Below the pieces are notes generated by a model. The model ran no database searches, had not been told where the DNA came from, and was given only the letters and a program-made list of their open reading frames with translations. 64,000 bases of DNA from Octopus sinensis (Eukaryota): assembly GCF_006345805.1 (NCBI RefSeq), contig NC_042997.1:104780001-104844000 (forward strand), given 5' to 3'. The translations under genes and the position numbers were made by a program. Of the stretch, positions 1-14,062 are shown in pieces. Numbering within the stretch: the first letter of the stretch is position 1; every line of letters begins with the position of its first letter.

Positions 1-519
1 GAAAAGGGAAAAAAAAATTTTTAAGCGATTATCTCCCCTACACCGGAAAAAATCACTCACTACCTCCCCTTATTTAGAAATCTCCTGGAAATAAAAAAAA
101 CGATAATTCCATGCAATATAAACATAACGTCACAAGAAATTTGAAAAGCTACACGCGAAACCGGTAATTTCTTCAAAAATTTTAAAATTATGTCATTTTA
201 AGGAAAGGGAAAAAAAATTTTTCCAATATTCTCCAGATATTTTGACACAAATATATATATTTTTTAACATTTAAGCCTTCTGTCGTTTTTTCACACTTTA
301 CTATTTTCTTATATATATATATATATATATATATACATGTTAATAAGTGTATATGCTTGTAAATATGCATCTCTGACTGTATAAACATAAACATATACAT
401 ATAAAACCCTATATATATTTCATGCATATACTGGTGCACCAGCATGGCCGCGGCCTTCGGGCTAAAACATTTTTAAGGATATAAGGATATGTATTTATAC
501 AAATATATGTATATATATG

Positions 520-566
<47 letters not shown>

Positions 567-568
<2 letters not shown>

Positions 569-870
569 AGGCGCAATGGCCCAGTGGTTAGGGCAGCGGA
601 CTCGCGGTCGTAGGATCGTGGTTTCGATTCCCAGACCGGGCGTTGTGAGTGTTTATTGAGCGAAAACACCTAAAAAGCTCCACGAAGCTCCGCCAGGGGG
701 TGGTGATCCCTGTCGTACTCTTTCACCACTCTTTCTCCCACTCTTTCTTCTGTTGGCCTGCTCGCTTAGCCAGCGGGGTGGCCTCATTCGAAGGCTAAAA
801 CAATGCGAACTCATTGTGACCAGCGATGTGTAACAACATCTGATGATCTGGTCGGTCACGTGATCACGTG
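567..870 (+). mobile_element. tRNA-derived SINE, family B, full length (tail type 1)
   Basis: Head ggaggcgcaatggcccagtggttagggcagcggactcgcggtc...ggtttcgattcc has Pol III A/B-box-like motifs and resembles tRNA-Arg. Near-identical copies at 5752, 12746, 31136, 44861 and 48520. Ends in tcacgtgatcacgtg. May correspond to the octopus OR families (recall only). Confidence 0.85.
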
Positions 871-876
871 GTATAT

Positions 877-914
<38 letters not shown>

Positions 915-916
<2 letters not shown>

Positions 917-1070
917 TTCGGAATGGTCGTTTTGCCAGTTTAGCCAAAAAAACACACGCACTATATATTTGGTGTTTTCATTTTTTACATTAATCTTAAT
1001 CTTAATCTTATTTCGGCCAGAGTTCTTTTAAAATATATTGGCTAAACTGGCAAAATGACCATTCCTAAAT
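915..1070. mobile_element. MITE with 28-bp terminal inverted repeats
   Basis: ggaatggtcgttttgccagtttagccaa (920-947) is the reverse complement of ttggctaaactggcaaaatgaccattcc (1038-1065) with 1 mismatch. Short non-coding interior, TA-rich flanks. Confidence 0.7.
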
Positions 1071-1813
1071 ATAACAATACCTGTTTCAACACGACTTCAC
1101 TTAAAAAATCTTGCACAGCAAATATATAAACGTATATATATATATACATATATTATATATATATATATTTATACATACATATATATATATTTATATATAT
1201 ATACATATATATAATATACGTACTTATGTATTTGCATATATATATATACGTACGTATGTGTGTATATATATGTATGTGCCTGTGTATATATACATATGTA
1301 TGCGATTTCCCGGTCTGCCAGTAGCAACCGTGCTTCGGAGTGGAACATTATATGTGCAATTCCATGGTCATTCGTGAGCGAAGTGTGTCTTTACACTTTT
1401 GCATATAGAATGAGACAGATGGAGTGACATCAATAGATAGGGTGAGAGCGAGAGAGAGAGGGGGAAGAGAAGGAGAGAGAGAAGGAGAGAGAGAGAAAGA
1501 CATAGGAGCGATTAATAAATGTGCGAGAACAACTCAAAGATAGAAGATATGTTGGCAGATAAAAGAGTAATACTTTCATTAAATATAATTCAGAATGGAA
1601 ACGCATCTATATTCAAGATATATAGATTAAAATTTATTGCTGATTTGAATTAGACATGAATGGACTAATTTTTAATTATTGAATTCCAACCGGCATTTCC
1701 ATTCCCATTTCATTTACGGCTTTGGTGTTGTAAACTCTAAACTTCCCTATCAATATAATATATGTGCGCGCCTGTGTGTGTGTGTGTGTTATATATATAT
1801 AATATATATATAT

Positions 1814-1851
<38 letters not shown>

Positions 1852-2139
1852 ATATATATATATATATATTATAGATATAATATATATATATATATAAATA
1901 TATATATATAATATATATATATATACATATAATATAATATAATATATATTAATATAATATATATAATGTAATATAATATATGCATATATATATATATATA
2001 TATACTAATATATAATACATACATACACACATAATACATACATACATACATACATACATACATACATACATACAATATATATACGTGTATGTTTTCATAT
2101 ATATACGTATATGTACATATATATTTTTATTTTTTTATT

Positions 2140-2327
2140 TTTTTATTCCTTTACTTGTTCCAGTCATTCGACTGTGGCCAGGCTGGAGTGCGGCTTTAGT
2201 CGAACAAATCAGCCCCAGGATTTATTCTTTAGAAGCCCAGTACTTATTCTATCGGTCTCTTTAGCTTAACCGTAAGATTACGAGGACTTAAACACACCGA
2301 CATTGGTGTCAAGCGATGGTTTGAGGA

Positions 2328-2375
<48 letters not shown>

Positions 2376-2572
2376 TACATGTATATATATATGTGTGTGT
2401 GTGTGTGTGTTCGGCGGGATTCATTTATTTTCCGTCCACCAAATCTACTCACAAGGCTTTGGTCGACACGCGGCCATAGTAGAAGTCACTTGCCCATGAT
2501 GTCAAGCATTGGGATTGAATCTGGAACCATGTGGTTGGGAAGCAAGCTTCTTACAACACAGCTACTCTTGCG
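2140..2572 (-). mobile_element. tRNA-derived SINE, family A, degenerate copy
   Basis: Reverse-strand similarity to the family A copies at 15571 and 40714, including the gtcaaatgactgaaacaagta-type tail and the internal (CA)n linker. Confidence 0.7.
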
Positions 2573-2720
2573 TATATATTATATATATGTGTATGTATAT
2601 ATATTTATATATATATATAATATATTATATATATATAAATACATACATATAATATAATACATATAATACATACGTATATATATACCTTCATATATATAGA
2701 TATTTATACATTCACGCACG

Positions 2721-2811
<91 letters not shown>

Positions 2812-2849
2812 ATGTGTGTATTTTCCCCTTGTTTACCATCACACGGAAA

Positions 2850-4725
2850 AAATAGATAAACAGTTACCAGGGTAGCAAAAAAAAATCACACAAGTATTAC
2901 AGACGTAACACCCTGTTTGGAAAGGTAGAAACTCCGGGTTGATGTGAAATATAGTTTGTGTAATATAAATAAATGGAGTTAAACGCAGGTGTTATTCAAA
3001 TTCTTTTACTTCCGACATATGTTTCGAAGACAACATTGGTATTATTCCAAAGGAAAAAATGAAATTAAAACAATGTATTGTTCTCATAAGGGAAAGAAGG
3101 AAACCAAACTCATCAATAAGATATTTCAACAGAATGTGATGGATGTGTATAATGATGAACGGAAGGCTATTAAGTATTTTTTAAAACCCGCTAGAAGATA
3201 TAACGACAAAGTAGCCTATAGAAAGAGAAGGCGTAAAGGAAAGAAATAAGCAGAAAATAGAAAAAGAAAAATATAGAGTGACATGTGAATTAAAATAAAG
3301 CTTAATGGGTTGGAAAAGATATATCTAGTGGAAGTGAAATGTAAGAAGAAAATCAATGTTCAAATTATATATAATGGTAAATATCACTTATATGAACTAA
3401 AGGTAAGTTTCTGCCAATGTTTACATTGATAAGCACAGTCTATAACCGTGTTTACAAGGGGGTTCTTAGAAAATAGAATAGAAAGTAGTTCACTATTACA
3501 GAGTTGGCAGAATTCTTTGCCTGTATCATATGGGAATGAAATGGAGAGAATCAATCAATCTAAATTAAATTGTTTATTATGGTCTTTTAGATAACAAATT
3601 CATTTACTAAGCCCTGTACTGTTGCATTTATTACTATCCCTAAATGTAGAGCATTGATTAAAAATTATTTTAGATAACTGGGAAGAAGAACTACCTATAT
3701 ACAAAAAAGACATCGGCACCTGAAGTAATTTTAAACTGGTATATAGAATTTTTAATCTTAGAATTTCTAGACATAAACCTAATTCTGTTGGAATTGACTT
3801 CAGAGTCAATAACCTTGTTATAAATCTTTCTAGGGGGATGGTTAGTATCAGCTAAATTAATGTTATTATTTTCAGTAATTGGATTCTTATTTAACAAACT
3901 TATATTTTATGTGGATATAAATTGTGAGAGTTTTTTTATGTTGGAAAAACCCATCCTAACCGTGTGTGAGTTGTTAATCGAGTAATATCTAGAATTCTTT
4001 GGAAAATTCCTAATAATAGCTTCCCGAAACTGGAAATGAAGATTATATTTAATTTGCCTCCCATAAGGAATAATCAACCAAATAGTTTTGCTAGTAGTTG
4101 CCTTATGTTTAGTGTAGCTGTCTTTAAAATACCTTTAGAATGAAAATATCTTTAGAATGAAAGAAGGGGCTTAAATAACGTTTATCTCCCTTACGTTGTA
4201 AAAAAAACTTCCTCTGTTTGGTGTTGGCGTATGAATTGAAATTGAAATCGTTCATATCGTTACAACAAGATTTCATGTCTCCATTACTAAAGGTAGAATA
4301 AGACTGAATAGAATTAATGTAGGTAACTTTTTCTGTATAGCCTGCTTTAAGTGAGGGAGAGTTATAAAATTCAGCCTTGTCGTTGAAAATGTCAACATTA
4401 GCAGATAACTTAGACAATCTAAATGAAATATTCTTGACTAAGTTCTTAGTGATTGCCCTAGTATGATTACTGAACTGGCTGATATACTTAAGATTGGTTG
4501 ATGGTTTGTGGTATAGGAAGTACGAATTATTGTGTAAGTTAAGTGTAATATCTAAAAAGTTGGCTTTCGTTACATCATCAAAAAACGATGCCTAAGCCCA
4601 TTCTACGGAAAAATTTCAGCAAACTATTCTTAACCTTTAGTTAGAAATATTTTGAAGTTAGAGTAAACAATCATCACGATATAGACCACCATTGATGCTT
4701 GGTAACTGGGACTAACTGGAAGATA
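2850..4725 (-). mobile_element. Penelope-like retroelement remnant: RT C-terminus, GIY-YIG endonuclease and 3' pseudo-LTR
   Basis: Minus strand reads GGLYRDDCLL (YRDD at 4670-4681), then SIYQF...YIGSS (frameshifted GIY-YIG) and FCQLCNSE...CKH ending near 3385. The downstream region holds a hammerhead-like motif at about 3010-3120. Multiple stops and frameshifts. Confidence 0.8.
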
Positions 4726-5567
4726 GTCTCAGAACGTGTGTTACATATCTGCATAAGCTAGGGTATTATGGACGAGCAGCTAGAAGAAAACTTCTCCTTC
4801 AACTAATTAATCTCATGAAAAGAAAGAAATGAGCTATGGAGATGTCAGAAAAATCCAGTTCATTTTAGGATAGAGTGATTTTCTCAGATGAATCCAGATT
4901 TGCATTATTTTCAGACAGTGGACGTGTTTGGGTCTGGAGGCTTCCCAATCAAGAATTTCATTTGAAACGACTGCAACCAACTGTGAAACATGGCGGTATC
5001 TCTGTAATGGTATGGGGAGCTGTCGCCACCAATGGTCCTTCTGAGCTGATCGAATGTGTTGGAACCATAAACTCTGAAAAATACATCGAAATACATAAGC
5101 AAGGACTACTTCCGTTGTATTCACATGATAACATAACGAAAAAGGAGTTTTTATTCATGGAAGATGGGGCTCCATGCCACACAGCGAACTCGATTCAACA
5201 ATGGCTGACTAAAAATGGGATCAAAAAGCTTCCTTGGCCGAGACAATCTCCTGACATGACCCCAATTGAAAATCTTTGGAGCATACTAGATAGAGCTATA
5301 CGAAAGACTCGACAGAAACCTAAATCTAAAGATGAATTGTTTCGATTGTTGCGTGAAAAATGGGTAGAAATTCCACAAGAGACAATCACAAAGCTCATCA
5401 CTTCAATGCCAAAAAGAGTTTCTGAATAAAAAACTGCAAAGGTAATGTCAACTAAATACTAAAGTATGTAGTTCTTACCTATCGAGTACATTTCAATTGT
5501 TCGCTTTGCGTATTAAATAAAATGTTTTGAAAATTAAAGGTGTCTGTTTATTTCCTGCATGTCTCTG
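4726..5567 (+). mobile_element. Tc1-family DNA transposon, 5'-truncated pseudo-transposase (DD34E)
   Basis: YLHKLGYYGRAARRK, then VIFSDESRF...FMEDGAPCHTA...WPRQSPDMTPIENLW (ORF 4875-5429). In-frame stops upstream and a premature stop at the end. The apparent right end ...gcatgtctctg is followed by TA at 5568-5569. Confidence 0.9.
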
Positions 5568-5751
5568 TATGTATGTATGTATGTATGTATGTATGTATGT
5601 ATGTATGTATGTATGTATGTATGTATGTATGTATTTATGCATGTATGTATGTATGTATGCATGCATGTACGCATGTATGTATGTGTGCGTTTGTATGTAT
5701 GTACATATATATATATATATATGTGCATACATATATATATATGACTCATGT

Positions 5752-6047
5752 GGATGCGCAATGGCCCAGTGGTTCGTGCAGCGGACTCGCGGTCGTAGGA
5801 TTGTGGATTCGATTCCCAGACCGGGCGTTGTGAGTGTTTATTGAGCGAAAACACCTAAAGCTCTACGAGGCTCCGACAGTGGGCTGGGTCGATCCCTGCT
5901 ATACTCTTTCGCCGCAACTTTCTCTCACTCTTTCTTCTCGCTTAGCCAGCGGGATGGCGTCATTTGAAGGCTAAAACAATGCGAAGCGCATTGTGATCAG
6001 CGATGTGTAGCAACATCTGATAGCCTAGTCGGTCACGTGATCACGTG
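5752..6047 (+). mobile_element. SINE family B copy (tail type 1)
   Basis: Colinear with 567-870, with small internal deletions. Confidence 0.85.
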
Positions 6048-6525
6048 GTATGACTCATTTCGTACTTGCTTCAGTCATCTCAGTTATTGGCCTGCAGCGA
6101 GTTTTGAAGAGTTTAACCGGTCAGATCAACCGCCATACTTATTAAAGATTGGTACTTAAATGTATGACTACTTCTGCCGAATCGGTATATATTTCCCCTC
6201 CACCACCGCAGCCTAAGGCAATAAAACTATACTTAGACGTGCATATTTTTATCAATTCCCTGTACTAACTTGCCTCAGCATCCTGAGCGCCCACAGAAGA
6301 ATCTGAGAAGAACAAGAGATTGACTCTACCAAAATATATTATTTTACTCTGCAATAATAGTCACTCCTCCTTTTTCCAACAGATTACACAAAACGTGTGC
6401 ATGTGTATGTGTGTGTATACGCACACATATATACATATATATGTATGTGTATATATATGTGTGTGTATGTATGTATGTATGTATGCATGTTTATATATAT
6501 TTAATTGTTTCTGTGTATGTGGTTA

Positions 6526-6604
<79 letters not shown>

Positions 6605-7295
6605 ATATATAATTGATTTTGTATATGTGGGTAATATATATGTATGTATATATATATCCCAAACAAACGAGTGAAAAGTGGAATCGATTTCTATCTTTTC
6701 ATTTTCCAGAAATATTTTGTACATATCCTGTGTGTTTTGATTGAGTTTCAATCAATACCTACCATTTCCTTATCATTTCTATACCATTTCTGTTTGTAAG
6801 CATTGTAGTTCACACACATTCGAGTCTCTGTGTGGAGGTGTGGGTATGCCAAAAAAAAACAGTTAAAAAATCGGAAAAAAAACACACACACACGCTCCCA
6901 AAATGACGTTCGTTTCGACTCATTGTTTGCTTATTGAATAGATCGTTGGTGAACACACAGACACGTTCTCTTTGGAGAGTGTTTAGTAAAATACTACACA
7001 AAAATGTGTTATTTTATGTTGTGTAACATTTCACTTGCTCATTCCATTATAGATACCGCTGCAGTATTGAACAATTTTTGTGTGGTTGTGGGGTTTTTGC
7101 CCTCTTTGTATTTTTTTTTTCTAGCCGGTTCTACATTTACTTCTAAAAGAATATGTCAGAATAATCAGCATGGCGCACTAGTCGCCTAAACATGTGTCAA
7201 CGAGGGCAACTCTTACCGCAACGCTGTACCTGCCAGAAATATCAGTCAAATTTTCCTATGTATGCATGTATATACGTATGTATGTTTGCATAGAT

Positions 7296-7316
7296 TGTTA
7301 GATAGATAGATAGATT

Positions 7317-7390
<74 letters not shown>

Positions 7391-7424
7391 CAGATGGATA
7401 GATGGATAGACAGATGGATAGATG

Positions 7425-7497
<73 letters not shown>
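7296..7497. repeat. (ATAG)n tetranucleotide tract, probably the 3' tail of the adjacent LINE
   Basis: About 200 bp of ATAG units directly after the minus-strand AATAAA-bearing LINE end. Confidence 0.85.
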
Positions 7498-8375
7498 ATT
7501 TGTTTCTTTATTAGCCACACAGGGCTGAACACAAAGGGGACAAAATACAATGTAGAGCTTTTCTTTTTGGGAAGAGATAAAAAAGGGAGTAGAAATTCGA
7601 TCAAAAGGGATCGTGGAATAAAAAAGGCCGATCAATAGGGATCGTGTATCACAGAAATGTCATAATGTAAAAAGGGGAAACAGATTAGGTTTATCCATGG
7701 AAAGAAAAGCCTGCGAAAAAAAACCCACGGAATCCTCGGGCAATAATGTCATACAAAAACGCTTTACAGTAATTGACTCTTTTTTTTTCCTTTCTATTTT
7801 TGGTTCATAGGATTATGCTCAAGGTAGCTCCGTAATTCATCCGTGCCATCCTTGCTACATTCACCCATCTTCTTTTGAAACATTCACTAAACAAAACTTC
7901 CCTCTACTACCACCTTCCTCTTCAAGTGATACTTGAAGAAGTTGATGAGAGATTGACCTGAGAGGAAAGTATTTGTCTCTAGACCTTTCAGACGCGTCCA
8001 CCATACACATTCTTTCGCCATAGCCACAAGTACGATGAAAATGGCTCCTGCTTCCCGTTTCAAGGAAGGAGGCGCGACAATATTCACAATAGACTCGGTT
8101 GGTAAACTGACTCGTCCCACACGCAATAGCAGTCGTTCGACACCGGCCCACAGGTCGGAAAGGGTTGGACACTGTACGAATGCATGCTGAACAGTTTCGT
8201 CGCTCTGACCGCATCTCGGGTAGGTCGGCCCCGTGTTTCTCGAGCTATGTCTGTAGAGCTAATCCCGAACGGGTAGCGCTTCTCGATAGCACTGACAGGC
8301 CAGGGATCTTTGGAAGTTGTCAATAGATCCCTGCCCGAAAATCGTCTTGAACAGGCGGGTCAGGTATTCCTCGTA
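7498..8375 (-). mobile_element. L1/Tx1-clade LINE 3' fragment
   Basis: Minus strand: SLACQCYREALP ... YPRCGQSDETVQHAFVQCP (decayed CCHC knuckle) ... KECVWWTRLKGL...FFKYHLKRK. The 3' UTR has AATAAA followed by an (ATCT)n tail. Confidence 0.75.
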
Positions 8376-8798
8376 GACACACACATACAATAGGCTTCTT
8401 TCAGTTTCCGTCTACCAAATCCATTCACAAGGCTTTGGTCGAATCAAGGCTCTAGTAAAAGGCAATTGCCCAAGGTGCCACGCTGTGGGACTGAACCTGG
8501 AACCATATAGTTGAAAAGTAAAAGTCTTGCTACACAGTCAAGTGAATAATATCAACCTATTTCTAAACAACACAGAGGTTTTGTATTTGTTGTTTGTCGA
8601 CTGCAAACTTCGAAAACAGTTTGAAAACTTGTTAATCTCCCAAAACATCTACAAGTGTGGTAAGAAACTTACTTCCTTTCCACTTGGTTCCGGGTTGTCT
8701 CACTTCATGATACCTTGAGCAAGTGCCTTCTACTATAGCCCCGGGCTTGTAAGTGGATTTAGTAGAAAGAAAGTGAAAGAAACCCGCGATGTGTGTGT

Positions 8799-8896
<98 letters not shown>

Positions 8897-11559
8897 TTGT
8901 GTTTGATACCCTTCACTATTTGACAACTGTTGTTGATTTCTTTGCGTCCCAGACCTTAAGGGTTCGGCAAAGGAGGCCAATAGAATTAAGTGGCAGGTTT
9001 TAAAAGATATCTATTGGGGTCTATTCGTTCAGCTGAGATCCCTTAGTGCGGTGCCCAGTACGGCCGAAGTTCAGTGACTGAAGCAAGTAAACGATAAGAG
9101 ATATATATGAGAGCTTGTGTATACGTCTGCTTGTACCACACACGCGCGGTCGTAGTAACAAGGGCACTACCTCGCAGTTAGATGTTACAAATGCATTGTG
9201 ACTAATCAGATATTTAGAATAATCCGAACTGCAACAACGAAAACTCTAATTGACATTTGAACACGGACACACAAACACAACAACACCATATCAATCTTTG
9301 CCTCTTTAAACTTTACGTAAATAAATACGGACAAACATACACGGGGACAATTCAGAGAGAAAGAGAGAGAGAGACTTGACTCGGGTTAGTCAAACGGCTT
9401 CAAATGGCTACAAACGCATCCTCAAAGCACACTGTTTATGTTGTTTCAATATTAGAGGATTTATTGCATAAAGAGTGTATGTACGAATAAAAATAAGTAA
9501 AAACACAAAACAAAAAGGAGCAAGATCCGAAGTGAAAACCGTTGAATCACAGATTTCATAATATCTTGTTTTAAAAGTATTTTGGTGTAAAACTAATATA
9601 TAATTAGAAAACATAATATCGTCAAAGGACTTTTTAGCACAATTAGCCAAACATTTGGAACACATTAATTTCTAAAGTGACAACTACTACGACAAATGAT
9701 GTTATGTACTTACTTTTGCTAGCAATGAAAATAGCGACGCAATATAAGAAATCCTCGCAACAAGTGTAACTGCCATTAATAGCCTTTCGATTAAATAGCT
9801 TAAACATTTATGGTTTATCAGTGAATGAAAAGAAAATATCTTGTAATATTGAACACAACGTTTAAGCTTAATGAATAATGATTTTAACCAAATTATTGCT
9901 TAACAACAATTAATACAGTTAGTGCAAATTAATTTTCAGTTCAATTTGTATTGTAGATTTTGTTTGTCAAATACAAAAAGCGCTTTTGATGAGGAGGATC
10001 TTCCACTTGTATCATCTAATTGAAGATGAAATAATTGTGTGGTGGATGAGCTGGTTAAGCAAAAAAGGTGTTGTTATTTCGGTATTTCGGACAAAAAAGC
10101 CTTCAGTTTGTAATCTAACACTGTATATTTCATTGGACGTATCAAAGTCAATAACTTAGTTGAGGCTGAGAAATACTAGCCAACAAGTGAATCTCTACGC
10201 GGTATCTTAGCCTGGTATTCTATTATTTCTATTAGAATAATATTTTGAAAATAATAGGCGTAAAGAACAAGTGAAATACTCAATCAATATCTTAGAAAAA
10301 GCACAACTATCTGGTCCTGTTAAGGGTCTGTTTAGCTATATTGTCAGATATGATGTGCAGTAAATTTCGGTTCGACTTCCAACAAACTGAGCAATCACCT
10401 CCATCGACCCCTTGTTAACTAGTCCGCTTCTTATATATTTTCGCTCAATGAATATTTCATGAGATCTATACAGAGTCGTATATACCGAAAAGTCACCATT
10501 CAATTTACGTTCCCGCCAAACGATCCTGTGTGTTTATAAGATATTAGTTTCAAATTTTGGCACAAGGCCAGCAATTTTGGGAGAGAGTTGTAAGTTGATT
10601 ACATTGAACCTAGTATTCAGCTGATACTTATTTTATCGACCCGAAATAGATAAAAGGCAAAATAGATGATGGCGGTTTCTGAACTCAAAACTGAAAGCCA
10701 GACGAAAAACCGCTGAGCCTTTTCCCTGGCATGCTGGCTATTCTGCCAGTATTTTACAGATATTGACATTCTTAGAACTAGGTGAGATTTAAACGTCTCG
10801 TTCATCTGCTGCTTTCTTTTCTCATTTTTGTTCATTATTCTATTGATTAATGAATTATTCGTTCTCACTGTCACATTTCGTTCTTATATTAAATTTTATT
10901 TCTTAAACATCACAAGCTCTCACTTCTTTGATTTCAATTCTTTTCCTCGTTCTCTGTGTATGTATGTATGTATGTACGTATGTATGTGTGTGCGCATGTA
11001 TGTGTCTACCTATCTATCTGTTATATCACTGTCTCTCTCTCTCTCTCTCTCTACCTACATACCTGTCATTTTTCAATGGCGGTAAGACTAAAAGCGCCTA
11101 TATACATACACGCATACATACATAGATTCATACATACATATAAAGAGTTATGCATACACGCACATACACACATATATAAAATTCTTTGCCTATCTGTTCC
11201 CTATTATTCTCAAACGACTCCACCAACTCAAATCAAGTTTTACAAGGTAATGCTATTAGAACCCGCGAGTGTCAACATGTAACTTTTATTTTCCTTTTGA
11301 CTAAAACCATAGATTTCATCTAAAATAATCTTTCTATAGTCAACTATAGTAAAGAACATTTTAATCTACGACAACGACGTCGGCGGCGTCACAATTTATA
11401 TATGAGTGTGTATGTATCGGTGAGAGTGTGTGTGTTTGGGCGTCGGCTACGTAAATCTATACCTATGTGTGTCTGTCTTAATATATGTAGGTGAGTGTAT
11501 GTATGTATCAGTGTATATGAGAGCGCATGTGTGTGTCAGTGCATACGTGATTGTCAAAT

Positions 11560-12135
11560 GCACTGATGTAAAGTGGCTATGTGAAAGAGCTATTCTGGCT
11601 CCAACTAATGAAATGGTTGATAAACTCAATTATGAAATTCTTCAAAAGTTAACAAATACATCAGAAATGACTTTTCCATCAATGCACATGGCAGTCGATC
11701 AAGATCAGGCTGTTCAATAGTCTGTTGAATTCCTGAACATACTAAAACCCATTCGGATGCCAACGCATAAATTGATACTAAAGCTGGATGCTTATATGTT
11801 GCCTAACAATCTTGAGCACCTTCGCCTGTGTAATTGGAACTCGCTTAATTGTTGCTTCCAATCTTGCAAGTAACAATCATAACAGGTAGTCACAAAAAAT
11901 GTCTCTACTCCAAAATGTCCTCTCATACCTACAGATGTTTCATTTAAATCTAAGGGGCTTCAGTTTCCAGTCAAACTAAATTTTGGTATTTCAATTAACA
12001 AATCTCAGGGTCAATACCTCAAGGTAGCTGGACTTCATCTTTCTATTACATGCATCTCCGAGGGCCAAATCTTTTGGTTGCTTACGAGTTGGAAGTAGCA
12101 ACAATTTATTCATTTGAACACCAACAAAAAATATT
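11560..12135 (+). pseudogene. Helitron PIF1-like helicase fragment
   Basis: WLCERAILAPTNEMVDKLN ... HKLILK ... FPVKLNFGISINKSQGQYLKVAGLHL, matching PIF1/Helitron helicase motifs, with stops and frameshifts. Confidence 0.8.
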
Positions 12136-12139
12136 CGTT

Positions 12140-12460
12140 TCTAATCTAGGCACAAGGCCCGAAATTTTAGAGCAGTGGGGGCCAGTCGATTAGATCGACC
12201 CAGTATGCAACTGGTACGTAATTTATCAACCCCGAAAGGATGAAAGGCAAATTCGACGTCGGCGTAATTTGAACTCAGAGCATAAAGACACAACATACCT
12301 ATTTCACAAGGGGCTAAACACAGAGAGGACAAACAAGGACAGACAAACGTATTAAGTCGATTATATCGACCCCAGTGCGTAACTGGTACTTAATTTATCG
12401 ACCCTACCGTTAAGCATTTCACATTGCATGCTAATGATTCTGCCAGCTCTCCACCTTACA
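12140..12460 (-). mobile_element. SINE family C, partial dimer
   Basis: Two consecutive bodies containing the tttcatcctttcggggt(c/t)gataaatta motif. Compare with 61066-61298. Confidence 0.7.
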
Positions 12461-12671
12461 CTAAGAACGATATTATACAATGATTTTCAGTTCTAAATCC
12501 TATTATCATTATCATTTAAAATAAAATATAGATATTTTGAAATAATTATGAGAAAAAATATATATCTTCATATTTATTGTTTACTAATCTGAATAAGAGC
12601 AGCAATAACTCGGGCAATTCAGTTAGAATATATGTATGTATGTGTTATGCATATATATGTATAAGCATATT

Positions 12672-12745
<74 letters not shown>

Positions 12746-12752
<7 letters not shown>

Positions 12753-13049
12753 ATCACGTGACCGACCAGGCCATCAGATGTTGTTACACATCGCTGGTCA
12801 CAATACGTTCGCATTGTTTTAGCCTTCGAATGACGCCACCCCGCTGGCTAAGCGAGCAGGCCAACAGAAGAAAGAGTGGGAGAAAGTGTGGTGAAAGAGT
12901 ACAGCAGGGATCACCACCTCCTACCGGAGCCTCGTGGAGCCTTTTAGGTGTTTTCGATCAATAAACACTCACAACGCCCGGTCTGGGAATCGAAACCGCG
13001 ATCCTTCGACCGCGAGTCCGCTGCCCTAACCACTGGGCCATTGCGCCTC

Positions 13050-13050
<1 letters not shown>
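12746..13050 (-). mobile_element. SINE family B copy (tail type 1), full length
   Basis: Reverse complement of the 567-870 element, flanked by (TA)n and (CA)n. Confidence 0.9.
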
Positions 13051-13147
<97 letters not shown>

Positions 13148-13404
13148 GGTATATATACACATATACATTCATATATATACATACATAAATATATGAACAT
13201 TTATATACACATGCACACGCGCGCGCGCTCGTTCGTGCGTGAGTGTGCATGTGTGCTTTGTGTGTATGACTGCCGTTGTACCCGTCTAATTCCATTGTCA
13301 GTAAAACTAAAACTAAAACCCATAGCGCACACACACATGCACACACACATGCACACACACACACATGCACACACAAACACACACACACGCACAAACACAC
13401 ACAT

Positions 13405-13445
<41 letters not shown>

Positions 13446-13678
13446 TATATGTATATACATATAAATATACACATAAATGTATTGTTTGGGGCCTGAGTTA
13501 CAGTGCTCCGGTTGAGTATATCGATGTTCAGTCTCTTTCAGATGTCCTTAATCATAGGCATAGACCCCAACCCCTGCCACACACACACACACATATAGGC
13601 ATAGATAGATAGATTGATAGATAGATATAGACATAGATATAGACAGACAGATAGATAGCTCGATAGATAAATAAATAA

Positions 13679-13745
<67 letters not shown>

Positions 13746-13986
13746 CATACATACATACATACATACATACATACATACATACGTACATACATAGATGTAC
13801 CCACACGTTTGGTTACTCACATATGCATAACTACCTACATACATACAAACGTGCATTCATCCCTTCGTACATAAATGCATACATACATACGTACATGTGT
13901 ATGTGTTTGAGTTGTCTTAGGTGCTTGTCGTGTGTCCCCCTGTATTTTGTCTATATGCGCATGCGATTTTGTTTATCTGTGTGTGC

Positions 13987-14062
<76 letters not shown>

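Noticed and set aside
1-310. Possible Helitron-like repeat cut by the window edge
   Set aside because: There is an internal repeated aagggaaaaaaaaatttt, but no diagnostic terminus is visible.
567-640. SINE heads as genuine tRNA genes
   Set aside because: No closing acceptor stem or T-rich terminator; they continue into shared repeat bodies.
4875-5429. 184-aa transposase ORF as a functional or domesticated gene
   Set aside because: Upstream in-frame stops, no DNA-binding N-terminus and a premature stop.
9408-9665. 85-aa minus-strand ORF with a hydrophobic stretch and NPLI, superficially GPCR TM7-like
   Set aside because: No NPxxY motif, no upstream helices in frame, and no convincing splice sites.
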